Shown: positions 1 to 12,912, numbered from the stretch's first letter. The stretch is 64,000 nucleotides of DNA from Eledone cirrhosa (GCA_964016885.1 OZ024742.1:86366001-86430000); one strand, 5' to 3'. Numbers and translations: made by a program. The notes: generated by a model from the sequence alone, not told the origin.

Positions 1-520
1 AGGACCATAGAATGAACCAAATCCTACGAACACACGATATCATAAAGAGCAAAAGACAATCTAAGTCAATGAAAAACATCCTAACACATTCCAAAGTACT
101 GCCAACCACATCAACGAAACCCACAGTAAAAAAATGCGATAGACCCAACTCTGGCATTTGCATCAACCTAATAGTGGGTTCGGAATTCTATTTCAAAGAA
201 GGACAACGTTTTATAGTAAAACACAATTTCACATGCGCATCAGAAAATCTAATATAAGTATTAACTTGCTCAGGTTGTCGAGAACAATACATAGGCCAGA
301 GTAAAAACAGCCTCCGCTAACGCATGACTGTGCATAGATCCCAAATTAAAATACGGGAATACAGGAAAATACCACTGAGTGAACACATTGATACCTGTGC
401 CGCTCAAAATCATCCCAACTTCAGAATCTTTCCCCTCTACAAATTTAAAGATAATGCCACCCACACCCAGCGTATCAGCAAGGAATCTTACTTTATTAAC
501 AAATACGGACCCCGTCTAAA
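1..520 (+). mobile_element. Penelope-like element 3' fragment, GIY-YIG endonuclease with Cys/His zinc motif (pseudogenised)
   Basis: ORFs 12-257 and 324-520 join across in-frame stops: KCDRPNSGIC...FTCASENLI*VLTCSGCREQYIGQS..SLR*RMTVHRSQI...PLSEH..C...KESYFINKYGPRLN. This is the typical C-terminal PLE GIY-YIG signature; homologous to 7830-8345. Confidence 0.85.
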
Positions 521-672
521 CACTTCTCCCTGCGACGAATCCACAACATACACACGTCAACATACATACCTACATCAGCATACATCTCTACACACATATA
601 AACACAATGACATACGTAAACACACATGTTCTATGGTGCAACACAAATATACACAAATTTGCATAACTTTTG

Positions 673-932
673 ATGTCTATAGATATAAACGTGCCGATAT
701 ATGTCTATAGATATAAACGTGCCGATGTCTATAGATATGAACGCACACATGCATTGCACACTGATGGGCACATACATATTTGTGCACAGGTATTCCTGTA
801 CGGCCAGGTCTAATGAATTCCCCTTGCAGTACGTACAATCTGGACACACTCCAGATACATATTTGTGCACAGGTATTCCAATACGGCAAGGCCTAATGGA
901 CCCCCCTTGCAGTACGTACAATCTGGACACAC
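673..932. repeat. Short tandem duplications in PLE 3' region (about 24-bp unit x3, then about 82-bp unit x2)
   Basis: atgtctatagatataaacgtgccg repeated; atacatatttgtgcacaggtattcc...cccttgcagtacgtacaatctggacacactc present twice. Confidence 0.8.
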
Positions 933-1079
933 TCACACACACCTTGGTATTATGCCAATACTATATATCATTTCACACATTTTATTATTAAGTTTTTTGA
1001 TGTTCTACTGAGAGAATCGTTTTTACTGAAAAATATCGAATAATGTACACCATTTTAACAGAAATAAATACTGATCCAC

Positions 1080-1162
1080 CCACACACACACACATTATCT
1101 CACACACACACACAGACACATATATACACACACACATACAGACGCGTACATTAACATACAAA

Positions 1163-1211
<49 letters not shown>

Positions 1212-1238
1212 GCGCGCGCACGCGCGCACACGCGCGCG

Positions 1239-1327
<89 letters not shown>

Positions 1328-1563
1328 CTCCGTATGAGACAAGAGCTGAAAAAATATCTTTTAACATGTTAAAATATCCCCCACACACTTACAGACACAC
1401 TAACATACAAAGAGACACACACATACACACACACACACTTCTCCGTATAAGACAAGAGCTGAAAAATTATCTTTTAACATGTTAAAATATCCCCCACACA
1501 CTTAGAGACACATTCCTTCTGACCATCCCTCTACTACGAATTACTCTGCTAAACACACACACA

Positions 1564-1610
<47 letters not shown>
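1080..1610. repeat. (CA)n/(CG)n microsatellites with a duplicated ~65-bp spacer
   Basis: Long CA tracts; cttctccgtat(g/a)agacaagagctgaaaaa...aaaatatcccccacacactt at about 1325 and 1438. Confidence 0.9.
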
Positions 1611-1613
<3 letters not shown>

Positions 1614-2120
1614 TCTTAATAGGCATTTGAACTGTCAACAGGCTGCGGTTCGCGCGCACACATCCCTGCTGACCATTATCACAACAACGAACCTCTTTAC
1701 TACTACTACTACACACACACACACATACTTGTTGTGAAAGACTTATTTCTCAGTCAGCCGACACAAACCTACATTTGGTGCAAAATCAATTTTTTACATT
1801 CACATGACCTCTACCGACAAATCAAAATTGTTTTGACCACAAGAATTTTTGCAACACGAATTGGCGCAAAACTTATTTTAATACCGCTGGAGCCACTTTT
1901 TTAACATAAAAACAGGTAGAATTCCCAAAACTAATCAGATCAGAGCAAACATCACGGACGCTCTATCTCAAAATTATTTTTGAAAAGCATTAGAAATGCG
2001 CAACCGGTAAAACTTAAAACCAAAACATAATACTAACCAATACTATTACTAATTATCACTTATTCCTAATTAAACTATTTTTCACTGTGAACAATTTGTC
2101 AGCATTTTCTATTCCGTTTA

Positions 2121-2160
<40 letters not shown>

Positions 2161-2216
2161 GCGAGTGGGTTTGAAATTATTAACAATGTAAGCTTTCGCC
2201 GTATTTGGACTAATGA

Positions 2217-2368
2217 AATTAAAGAAATTATTTAGCCTGATAGTGACGTTAGGAGACCTCGGTAATATGGAAAAAGATGAATATCGACGTACATATATAC
2301 ATATATATATATATGTACATATTACCGAGGGCTCCTAACGCCACTATCAGGCTAAATAATTTCTTTAA
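2217..2368. repeat. Short fold-back (about 52-bp arms)
   Basis: attaaagaaattatttagcctgatagtgacgttaggagacctcggtaatatg versus catattaccgagggctcctaacgccactatcaggctaaataatttctttaat. Confidence 0.85.
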
Positions 2369-2439
2369 TATATATATATATATATAATGAGATAATGATA
2401 TAGATATATATAAATATATATATATAATATAAATGTACC

Positions 2440-2898
2440 TATTATACATACATACATATATGTATACAGACGTACAGTAGTATGTATATACATACCAACA
2501 TGCACACGGTTTACCGAACATTTATTATAATGCCCGGTTTGTTTGTAAACAAACAGCCCGAATTAATAGCTGTAAAGTGTGCGGCAACCATCGTTGCCCT
2601 TTTGTTTAACACTGACAAAAGAAGGATGAAGTAGTTTCTAGCTTATTAGCTGTGATCAGCACCGGATACCTTCCTGTCAGTCAACTGAATTTCGAAAGTA
2701 TATACTTTCCTGATGCATATTAACGGGTGAACAGCCTAATTTGCATATCGAGTGAGTTAGTCGTACATATATATATGTGTGCATGTATGTATGTATATGC
2801 ATACTACTGTACATCTGCATACATATATGTATGTACGTATAATACTTACATTTAAGTATCAGCCGTACAAAGAGTGAGAAATGAAATATCATTTTTCC

Positions 2899-2900
<2 letters not shown>
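2440..2900. mobile_element. ~430-bp HHR-bearing repeat family, copy with internal inversion at about 2760
   Basis: Homologous to 14265-14892, 19062-19510 and 22757-23487; orientation switches near 2760. Confidence 0.75.
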
Positions 2901-2933
<33 letters not shown>

Positions 2934-2934
2934 T

Positions 2935-3035
2935 ATATAACAAAGGAATTGTGGTAAGGAACCAAATGGCCCATAACGCACCAGAGTCCAGAAATAGCCG
3001 TCGAATCGGCTTGACCTTTGCCGTCGGGGTCATAT
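2935..3035 (-). repeat. ~120-bp interspersed repeat flanked by (TA)n (other copies 19570-19690 +, 50245-50375 -)
   Basis: Shared tatgaccccgacggca...tcgacggctatttctgg...ctctggtgcgttatgg...ttcctt block in three places. Confidence 0.8.
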
Positions 3036-3536
3036 TTATAAATCTTATTGCTATCACCTCTTCAGGCCATACACTTTAAATATATTAAACATTATGAAAT
3101 ATCATTTTCTTACAGAAGTAATAGGATAAATCACTTCTAAGGTTTGAAAATAAACTGTAGATGATGCTGAAGAATTATAGCAGCACCTGCATGCTAGAAA
3201 GCTTTCCTCCTATTGATAATCATCCTTAATATGCGTTCATTGCAAGTTTAGAAGATATTTGATGGTGCCCATAGTACTGTGGACCGATGAGACTAGAGAC
3301 CGATTGCCAACGTACATACTGTATGCCTGGTAAAATGATTCAAATTACGGACTAACAACACTGTTTGTATTCACTGATGAGGCAGGCCTTTAAACTTACA
3401 AAGGCCTGTATCATTTGAGAGAAATGATATATAGACAACGATAACTTTGATAACTTTGATAGTTTCGGGCAGTATTGGCCCATGCCATGTTTAAATTAAT
3501 AGCACCACCTGCTGAAATAGTAGACCAGCCACCGAA

Positions 3537-3603
3537 TGCCGAGTCCCGGGAATAACCAGGGAGCTTTAGGTCTTCAGTCTAACGCTCTTCCACATGGTGA
3601 GCA
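3537..3603 (-). pseudogene. tRNA-Phe(GAA)-derived pseudogene or SINE head
   Basis: Minus strand reads gctcaccatgtggaagagcgttagacTGAAGAcctaaagctccctggttattcccgggactcggca, matching eukaryotic tRNA-Phe from D arm to 3' acceptor. The 5' acceptor strand is missing and the T-loop is mutated. Confidence 0.75.
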
Positions 3604-6228
3604 CATACACACACCGATGACGAGAAGCTGCCACCTGCTACTTCCCTCGAGTATATATGCGTATCAATATCTAAAAATTGTGAGATTTTGCCTGACCAGA
3701 AGATCCCGACCGCTTCAGAATGAAGTTGAATAATAGGGGTTTTGTCTTGAACATACTAAGTCGGTGACACTTTACAGTTAAAGGACGTCAGATGTAATTT
3801 TAAAATTCATGAAATTAGGGTTAATTTCCACTTGCTCAATCTTTCAATTTCTTTCCATCTTGAGATTTGAGCCGAAGCTGGACCCGAATATTTTAAACAA
3901 TGAGCCGAGCAATTGGGATATGACACTGCCCAATAACAATGCATTGTCTCTCCAGCTTCTGATTTGTAAATCTACGTCTTCCACCATCTCATATTATTTA
4001 GCAGTTTAACAACCAACTCCAGTTCCGTAGTAGGCAACATCACTACAGTGAGTTATTCAAAACTACGATAGGGTTTCTTGTATGGAGGAAATCACAACAC
4101 TTCAGAAAATACATCTAGATTTACTGTGCATTAAGCTTTAACCTGAAATATTGCATGCATATTCTGAAGAATTATATTTTGTATGAAGTATCAAAAACCC
4201 AAAATAAAAATGCTTTAAATTACGAAGTTGTACGGAGCTGTTTGAAGTAATTATTCATAAATATCTATAATAGTAAATTAATTATATATTTTTGGATCCA
4301 AAAAGTAGATGAAAAAATGATAAATAATTTCTAACCTAATAAAATGAGTATTCAAGGAATGTTCTCAATAATTTAATTCCTTTTGGTATTTTTTCTTCAA
4401 CTATGTAGAAGTGTCTTAATCGTTACACTACAATATCCGATTTGAATTAAATAGAAATAGATATAATCAGTTCTTTCATTTTCTGCGTTGACTTAATACA
4501 TATTACTAACAGAGTATTTCCATACTTGCATACTATCTTCTCTGTCAAAGTAAACGAGAGATTTAAATTTGCTCCAACAAACAACTGTCAAAATACAATT
4601 GCCGCTGTATGTCTATAAAGCTGTCATTCAGTCCAATGTTTTCTTAACCGATGACTAAATGTCGTTTACATTATACAATAGACTATGTTAACCTGGTTGC
4701 GTGGATATTACATTTTTCTGGATTATTCGTTTATAAACAGGAGAACCGTTATTGTTACACGTCTATATTTAATCCATCAAGCCCAAGGCCACTTTCAATT
4801 CCTTTAGAGCAATATCAATTTTTTCAACAGACATGTCTGCGATATTTTTCAAAATAGATTTCAAATACTCGTTCAATTTCTACGTCAAGTTTCCAAGAAT
4901 ATTCTGTATAAGTGTGTATTAACGTAGTGCAAATATGTTTGAAGGAGTTGTTTCAATTGAAAGTCTATCGCACACGTCCTCTTATCCTAAACTTCATTTA
5001 TCAGTTTCCAGGCCTTTTAGGGCAGTTGTTATTACTAGCCTCAGAAGCAGCCAATGTCTTCTTGCGTTCTCCTCCTCCAGATTGTCAAATGTAGAGCGCT
5101 GCATAATCTGCTGCTGCTCTAACTCTGAGACCAGACGTTTGAAGGTGTCATTTTAACTAGTCAGATATGTACATTTCAGAGTAGGTTTGCCAAAATGGGA
5201 GCGTCTTTGATGGTTGTCTGCAACCATTATATTACAGGTATTCACAAAGTATTATTTTCTTCAGCTTGCAAAGATTCAAATCTTTCTGTAAGTTGCCCAT
5301 TTCCTTGTTGTGAGGAGATACCTTACACTCGTGTGGGTCCTTGTTCAAGGAATGAACGGATTTCATATTTGACGGTTAGCAACGAATATATAGAATAGAA
5401 ACTCCCAGACTAAATGATGGGTCACGCTTTGGCAATTCAGAAGAAAACGACAACCAAGTGTGCATGGTTATGCGAAGATCGTTTTGTGAAGCGGGAATGG
5501 TTGTTATACTATGAAGTGAGAGCCGATTAAAAGATGTCTCAGTTTTCAGTACATGTTTGATTATTGGATGAACCAATCATCAGAGCAGCAACATAATATC
5601 TCTGCATCTATCAGTTGAGTGCTTTGTTGGGAGTTGTCCTTGTACGTCATTTGCAGTATTTCTTGTAATATTAGTTTCAATTGAGAGTTTAATTCGTTAC
5701 ATTATAGAACATTTAGAACTCTAATGGTTATAAATCATAATTATCCAATATCGACGAAAACTAAACCTTTGCTTCACAAGCTCCCTTTCTTACTCTTGAA
5801 TAGCCTGATTATGACGAAAATGCGAACATATTGAATCCATATTTTTGCCTCATACTTATATGGGAATCCATTAATAAGGGTGGTAACGAAGTCGTTATGA
5901 TATGCAAAACAAATACTACACAATAATTGCATATCGTAGCAGAGACGCTATATAATTTATTTCATTTAAGTATGAACATCTATAATGGACCATTTATGTA
6001 GAGAGAAAGAGAGCACAATGTGCATAATGCTAAATTATAAAAGTCACATCAGCAAAATACTAAGACGTGGAAAGGATAAACATTTCTCAAATTATATCTA
6101 TTTCAGATACAAACTCGGAACAATTCAGAAAGTACCGCTCCTCCTGTCGTCGAAGATGCTTCGCCCTCGAGGACTCACCCACATTTTGGGAACCAGAAAT
6201 TTAAAAATAAAATGATAATGGTAAAAAT

Positions 6229-6410
6229 AATTCTTTCTACATTTGGCACAAGGCCAGCAATTACCCAGTGCATTACTTGTAGTTTATTTTATCGACCCCT
6301 TAACGATGAAAGGCCACGTTAACCTCAGCGGGATTTGAACTCAGAATGGCAAGGGCCGTAACACTGCGTCAAAGCATGGCGTCCGACCCTCTACCGATAC
6401 TGCCAATCCA
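6229..6410 (-). mobile_element. tRNA-derived SINE (octopus OK/OR-like)
   Basis: A box tggcagtatcgg, B box gagttcaaatcc, tail cctttcatc...ggggtcgataaaataaa...ggccttgtgccaaa; multiple copies in the window. Confidence 0.85.
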
Positions 6411-7139
6411 AAGATAAAAATAATGTCCTTTCACTCGGGTTTTGTTAGATCATTTTTATATTTTGTTTCATTACTACTTTAATTAAATATAATTTATACG
6501 CGTTATTGAGACGTCACACACAGGTGTTCAGATCACAGTCCTGTATAGATAATTTTCGTCTGGGATAGGATGTGCCTATGAAAAATGCTACCTCCGAACA
6601 CCAGGAAGCATTAGTACATTTTTTAGGCTTATTTTAGAAAAACAATTACCGCATTCCACGCTAGGAAATACGATAATATAATTTCATGGAGATATATATG
6701 TACAAAACAAATTGGAAACCTTATATTCACCATCCACGTACAATTTGGATATTATTTCATGCAAATCATTAAAATATAACTAATGCACATAAATATCTTG
6801 GACATATATATATATGATCACTAAATCTAATGTATATGAAACAATGGCAATTCAAATAATGTGGCACCATTTAGAAATACATGCAACAAGTACCCTATGA
6901 ATATCTAGATATCTCTTGAAATATAAATAGAAGTATGATAAATACATTTGCGAATATTTTGTAATTGTTTAAGCAACACCGACATTTTGTGATAAATCAA
7001 GAATTTTTAAATCAGAATACTGATTGTTCAGGCACATTAATGTTTTCTTACTTACTTTATACATCATATATGTGTATGAATATCAGAACAATATTCATGT
7101 TAACATTGATTGTTTGTTGAAGTTAAGATCAATGTATGT

Positions 7140-8341
7140 ATGTTTATATATATATATATATGAAAATAGGGAGAAAGAGACGATTATGAGGAAGAACAAT
7201 ATTTTTTTTCCTTTTTTTTGTGTCTCTCTCTCTCTTTTTTCTGGGTTAGAAAATGATTAAAACGAAATGTTTTACTTTGTGTGAAGTGTTTAGGTATTAG
7301 TTGATTTATTTATTATTTAACAATGGCATTTATTTATCTATTTATATCTTTAATTATTGTCTATTACCGGTTTCTGCATTTATATGCATTATCAAATGAT
7401 AGTGAAATGTATTAGTGTGGTGTTGCACATGTTAAACAGAAGGTGCAGAAAGAATAATGTTATATACAAACAAGGTTTAAGAAGTGAAAAGAAAAAAGAA
7501 AAAGGAAAAAAAAACCTTGCATAATGTGGAAAGTAAAAAGTCAATGTGGAAGAAAGGTTAATGTTATTTACAAGCACAGTCATTGAAGTTAAGCAGTTCA
7601 AAATGTGTTAATATCGCAAGAGTGTTTAGTTGAACCATGGTTCCGTGTAGAAGGCAAATGGTGGACTGTGGTTTGATATGATTTCCCTTTATAGAGAGTT
7701 AATATGCAGGGGAAGCAATTCTTGCTGCGTGATATTTAATTAATTTAAGAAAAAGGATTAGGTAGGGTGTGAGGGAGGTAACTCTTGTAAATATTTGATG
7801 GTTTGTTGCAGTTTTAGAAAGGTGCGAATTTCAGGGTAATTGAGTACTGGTTGAAATTCATTAATGAAATTTGCTTCCTTATTGGTGCGTTGGATGAAAG
7901 TAGCGTTGTCTATGAATTTGTAGATGGGGAAGATTTTAAAGTTTGGAAGTTGGTTGAGAGCACAATTGGCGATATGTTCACTAAATGCAATCTTTTTGTA
8001 TTCCTGTATTTTAATTTGTGATTTATGGACGGTCATACGTTGACGGAGGCTGTTTATTCTCTGTTATATATAGTGCTCTCGACAACCTGAGCAAGTCAAA
8101 ACATAGATAAGGTTTTCAGATGCACATGTAAAGTTGTGTTTAACTGTGAAACGTTGTCCTTTTTTTAAATGGAATGTCGAACCTTCTATTAGATTTATGC
8201 ATATGCCACAGTTGGGCCTTCCGCATTTTGTTACTGTAGGGTTTATTGTGAAGGTTTGTTGGATTTTGGCTTGTGTGAGGATGATTTTTTATGGATTTGG
8301 GTTGTCATTTTCTCTTTATGATGTGTGTTTGGAGGATATTG

Positions 8342-8345
<4 letters not shown>
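7140..8345 (-). mobile_element. Penelope-like element, 5'-truncated (GIY-YIG 7830-8345 plus 3' pseudo-LTR)
   Basis: Minus strand encodes KCGRPNCGIC...FTCASENLIYVLTCSGCREHYI...RMTVHKSQI...FSEH..C...KEANFINEFQPVLN; decayed HHR at 7361-7402; 5' end abuts (TA)n. Confidence 0.85.
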
Positions 8346-8404
<59 letters not shown>

Positions 8405-8411
<7 letters not shown>

Positions 8412-11400
8412 GTGAATATAGACATAGAATATTCGAAAATATTCTGTATGTTTATAATAAACATTTTGAAGACCTAATCGCTATAGAATAGAATACGTCA
8501 CGTATTACAATTAGATTCTCGATAAAAGCAAGGGAAGTAATCTACGCGTTTCATTCTCGTTAGAAATCATCAGGACTACATATCCAGTGCTTTTATCGAG
8601 AATGACACAGCTAGAGACTTATAGAATACTTAGCTGTGTACAGGAACTGGTTTGAAAGAGCGGTTGCCGGTCCGGCAGAAATTAGAAATTGGAATAAATG
8701 CTCTGAAATAGCGATATATATGTGAATATAGACATAGAATATTCGAAAATATTCTGTATGTTTATAATAAACATTTTGAAGACCTAATCGCTATAGAATA
8801 GAATACGTCACGTATTACAATTAGATTCTCGATAAAAGCAAGGGAAGTAATCTACGCGTTTCATTCTCGTTAGAAATCATCAGGACTACATATCCAGTGC
8901 TTTTATCGAGAATGACACAGCTAGAGACTTATAGAATACTTAGCTGTGTACAGGAACTGGTTTGAAAGAGCGGTTGCCGGTCCGGCAGAAATTAGAAATT
9001 GGAATAAATGCTCTGAAATAGCGATATATATGTGAATATAGACATAGAATATTCGAAAATATTCTGTATGTTTATAATAAACATTTTGAAGACCTAATCG
9101 CTATAGAATAGAATACGTCACGTATTACAATTAGATTCTCGATAAAAGCAAGGGAAGTAATCTACGCGTTTCATTCTCGTTAGAAATCATCAGGACTACA
9201 TATCCAGTGCTTTTATCGAGAATGACACAGCTAGAGACTTATAGAATACTTAGCTGTGTACAGGAACTGGTTTGAAAGAGCGGTTGCCGGTCCGGCAGAA
9301 ATTAGAAATTGGAATAAATGCTCTGAAATAGCGATATATATGTGAATATAGACATAGAATATTCGAAAATATTCTGTATGTTTATAATAAACATTTTGAA
9401 GACCTAATCGCTATAGAATAGAATACGTCACGTATTACAATTAGATTCTCGATAAAAGCAAGGGAAGTAATCTACGCGTTTCATTCTCGTTAGAAATCAT
9501 CAGGACTACATATCCAGTGCTTTTATCGAGAATGACACAGCTAGAGACTTATAGAATACTTAGCTGTGTACAGGAACTGGTTTGAAAGAGCGGTTGCCGG
9601 TCCGGCAGAAATTAGAAATTGGAATAAATGCTCTGAAATAGCGATATATATGTGAATATAGACATAGAATATTCGAAAATATTCTGTATGTTTATAATAA
9701 ACATTTTGAAGACCTAATCGCTATAGAATAGAATACGTCACGTATTACAATTAGATTCTCGATAAAAGCAAGGGAAGTAATCTACGCGTTTCATTCTCGT
9801 TAGAAATCATCAGGACTACATATCCAGTGCTTTTATCGAGAATGACACAGCTAGAGACTTATAGAATACTTAGCTGTGTACAGGAACTGGTTTGAAAGAG
9901 CGGTTGCCGGTCCGGCAGAAATTAGAAATTGGAATAAATGCTCTGAAATAGCGATATATATGTGAATATAGACATAGAATATTCGAAAATATTCTGTATG
10001 TTTATAATAAACATTTTGAAGACCTAATCGCTATAGAATAGAATACGTCACGTATTACAATTAGATTCTCGATAAAAGCAAGGGAAGTAATCTACGCGTT
10101 TCATTCTCGTTAGAAATCATCAGGACTACATATCCAGTGCTTTTATCGAGAATGACACAGCTAGAGACTTATAGAATACTTAGCTGTGTACAGGAACTGG
10201 TTTGAAAGAGCGGTTGCCGGTCCGGCAGAAATTAGAAATTGGAATAAATGCTCTGAAATAGCGATATATATGTGAATATAGACATAGAATATTCGAAAAT
10301 ATTCTGTATGTTTATAATAAACATTTTGAAGACCTAATCGCTATAGAATAGAATACGTCACGTATTACAATTAGATTCTCGATAAAAGCAAGGGAAGTAA
10401 TCTACGCGTTTCATTCTCGTTAGAAATCATCAGGACTACATATCCAGTGCTTTTATCGAGAATGACACAGCTAGAGACTTATAGAATACTTAGCTGTGTA
10501 CAGGAACTGGTTTGAAAGAGCGGTTGCCGGTCCGGCAGAAATTAGAAATTGGAATAAATGCTCTGAAATAGCGATATATATGTGAATATAGACATAGAAT
10601 ATTCGAAAATATTCTGTATGTTTATAATAAACATTTTGAAGACCTAATCGCTATAGAATAGAATACGTCACGTATTACAATTAGATTCTCGATAAAAGCA
10701 AGGGAAGTAATCTACGCGTTTCATTCTCGTTAGAAATCATCAGGACTACATATCCAGTGCTTTTATCGAGAATGACACAGCTAGAGACTTATAGAATACT
10801 TAGCTGTGTACAGGAACTGGTTTGAAAGAGCGGTTGCCGGTCCGGCAGAAATTAGAAATTGGAATAAATGCTCTGAAATAGCGATATATATGTGAATATA
10901 GACATAGAATATTCGAAAATATTCTGTATGTTTATAATAAACATTTTGAAGACCTAATCGCTATAGAATAGAATACGTCACGTATTACAATTAGATTCTC
11001 GATAAAAGCAAGGGAAGTAATCTACGCGTTTCATTCTCGTTAGAAATCATCAGGACTACATATCCAGTGCTTTTATCGAGAATGACACAGCTAGAGACTT
11101 ATAGAATACTTAGCTGTGTACAGGAACTGGTTTGAAAGAGCGGTTGCCGGTCCGGCAGAAATTAGAAATTGGAATAAATGCTCTGAAATAGCGATATATA
11201 TGTGAATATAGACATAGAATATTCGAAAATATTCTGTATGTTTATAATAAACATTTTGAAGACCTAATCGCTATAGAATAGAATACGTCACGTATTACAA
11301 TTAGATTCTCGATAAAAGCAAGGGAAGTAATCTACGCGTTTCATTCTCGTTAGAAATCATCAGGACTACATATCCAGTGCTTTTATCGAGAATGACACAG

Positions 11401-11512
11401 CTAGAGACTTATAGAATACTTAGCTGTGTACAGGAACTGGTTTGAAAGAGCGGTTGCCGGTCCGGCAGAAATTAGAAATTGGAATAAATGCTCTGAAATA
11501 GCGATATATATG
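8405..11512 (-). repeat. Tandem array of 10 x 310-bp HHR-containing units (retrozyme-like), left arm
   Basis: tgtgaatata recurs at 8411, 8721, 9031 ... 11201 (period 310); no differences between copies noticed; no ORF; HHR on the minus strand. Confidence 0.95.
8537..8579 (-). ncRNA. Type I hammerhead ribozyme (first of 10 minus-strand copies, every 310 bp)
   Basis: GUAGUC-CUGAUGA-U-UUCU aacg AGAA-U-GAAAC-GC-GUA-GAUUAC: 6-bp stem I, intact core, minimal palindromic stem III (ACGCGU). Confidence 0.85.
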
Positions 11513-12881
11513 TAAATACGTGACGTATTCTATTCTATAGCGATTAGGTCTTCAAAATGTTTATTATAAACATACAGAATATTTTCGAATATTCTATGTC
11601 TATATTCACATATATATCGCTATTTCAGAGCATTTATTCCAATTTCTAATTTCTGCCGGACCGGCAACCGCTCTTTCAAACCAGTTCCTGTACACAGCTA
11701 AGTATTCTATAAGTCTCTAGCTGTGTCATTCTCGATAAAAGCACTGGATATGTAGTCCTGATGATTTCTAACGAGAATGAAACGCGTAGATTACTTCCCT
11801 TGCTTTTATCGAGAATCTAATTGTAATACGTGACGTATTCTATTCTATAGCGATTAGGTCTTCAAAATGTTTATTATAAACATACAGAATATTTTCGAAT
11901 ATTCTATGTCTATATTCACATATATATCGCTATTTCAGAGCATTTATTCCAATTTCTAATTTCTGCCGGACCGGCAACCGCTCTTTCAAACCAGTTCCTG
12001 TACACAGCTAAGTATTCTATAAGTCTCTAGCTGTGTCATTCTCGATAAAAGCACTGGATATGTAGTCCTGATGATTTCTAACGAGAATGAAACGCGTAGA
12101 TTACTTCCCTTGCTTTTATCGAGAATCTAATTGTAATACGTGACGTATTCTATTCTATAGCGATTAGGTCTTCAAAATGTTTATTATAAACATACAGAAT
12201 ATTTTCGAATATTCTATGTCTATATTCACATATATATCGCTATTTCAGAGCATTTATTCCAATTTCTAATTTCTGCCGGACCGGCAACCGCTCTTTCAAA
12301 CCAGTTCCTGTACACAGCTAAGTATTCTATAAGTCTCTAGCTGTGTCATTCTCGATAAAAGCACTGGATATGTAGTCCTGATGATTTCTAACGAGAATGA
12401 AACGCGTAGATTACTTCCCTTGCTTTTATCGAGAACCTAATTGTAATACGTGACGTATTCTATTCTATAGCGATTAGGTCTTCAAAATGTTTATTATAAA
12501 CATACAGAATATTTTCGAATATTCTATGTCTATATTCACATATATATCGCTATTTCAGAGCATTTATTCCAATTTCTAATTTCTGCCGGACCGGCAACCG
12601 CTCTTTCAAACCAGTTCCTGTACACAGCTAAGTATTCTATAAGTCTCTAGCTGTGTCATTCTCGATAAAAGCACTGGATATGTAGTCCTGATGATTTCTA
12701 ACGAGAATGAAACGCGTAGATTACTTCCCTTGCTTTTATCGAGAATCTAATTGTAATACGTGACGTATTCTATTCTATAGCGATTAGGTCTTCAAAATGT
12801 TTATTATAAACATACAGATTATTTTCGAATATTCTATGTCTATATTCACATATATATCGCTATTTCAGAGCATTTATTCCA

Positions 12882-12883
<2 letters not shown>
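11513..12883 (+). repeat. Inverted arm of the 310-bp array, about 4.4 units
   Basis: Reverse complement of the same unit; ttgtaatacg at 11821, 12131, 12441, 12751; only two substitutions seen (12436, 12819). Confidence 0.95.
11752..11794 (+). ncRNA. Type I hammerhead ribozyme (further copies 12062-12104, 12372-12414, 12682-12724)
   Basis: gtagtc ctgatga tttctaacgagaat gaaac gc gta gattac; predicted cleavage after GUA at 11788; enclosed by 15-bp stem ttctcgataaaagca/tgcttttatcgagaa. Confidence 0.85.

Positions 12884-12912
<29 letters not shown>

Noticed and set aside
988-1388. CV/HT/YI-repeat ORFs here and throughout the window
   Set aside because: Translations of (CA)n and (TA)n microsatellites.
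3160-3490. HHR-like motifs at 3163-3210, 3373-3410 and 3455-3490
   Set aside because: Each lacks one core half or stem I; too degenerate to call.
8405-12883. CRISPR array or coding tandem gene
   Set aside because: Units are identical with no variable spacers, no ORF of 60 aa or more, and the context is eukaryotic.
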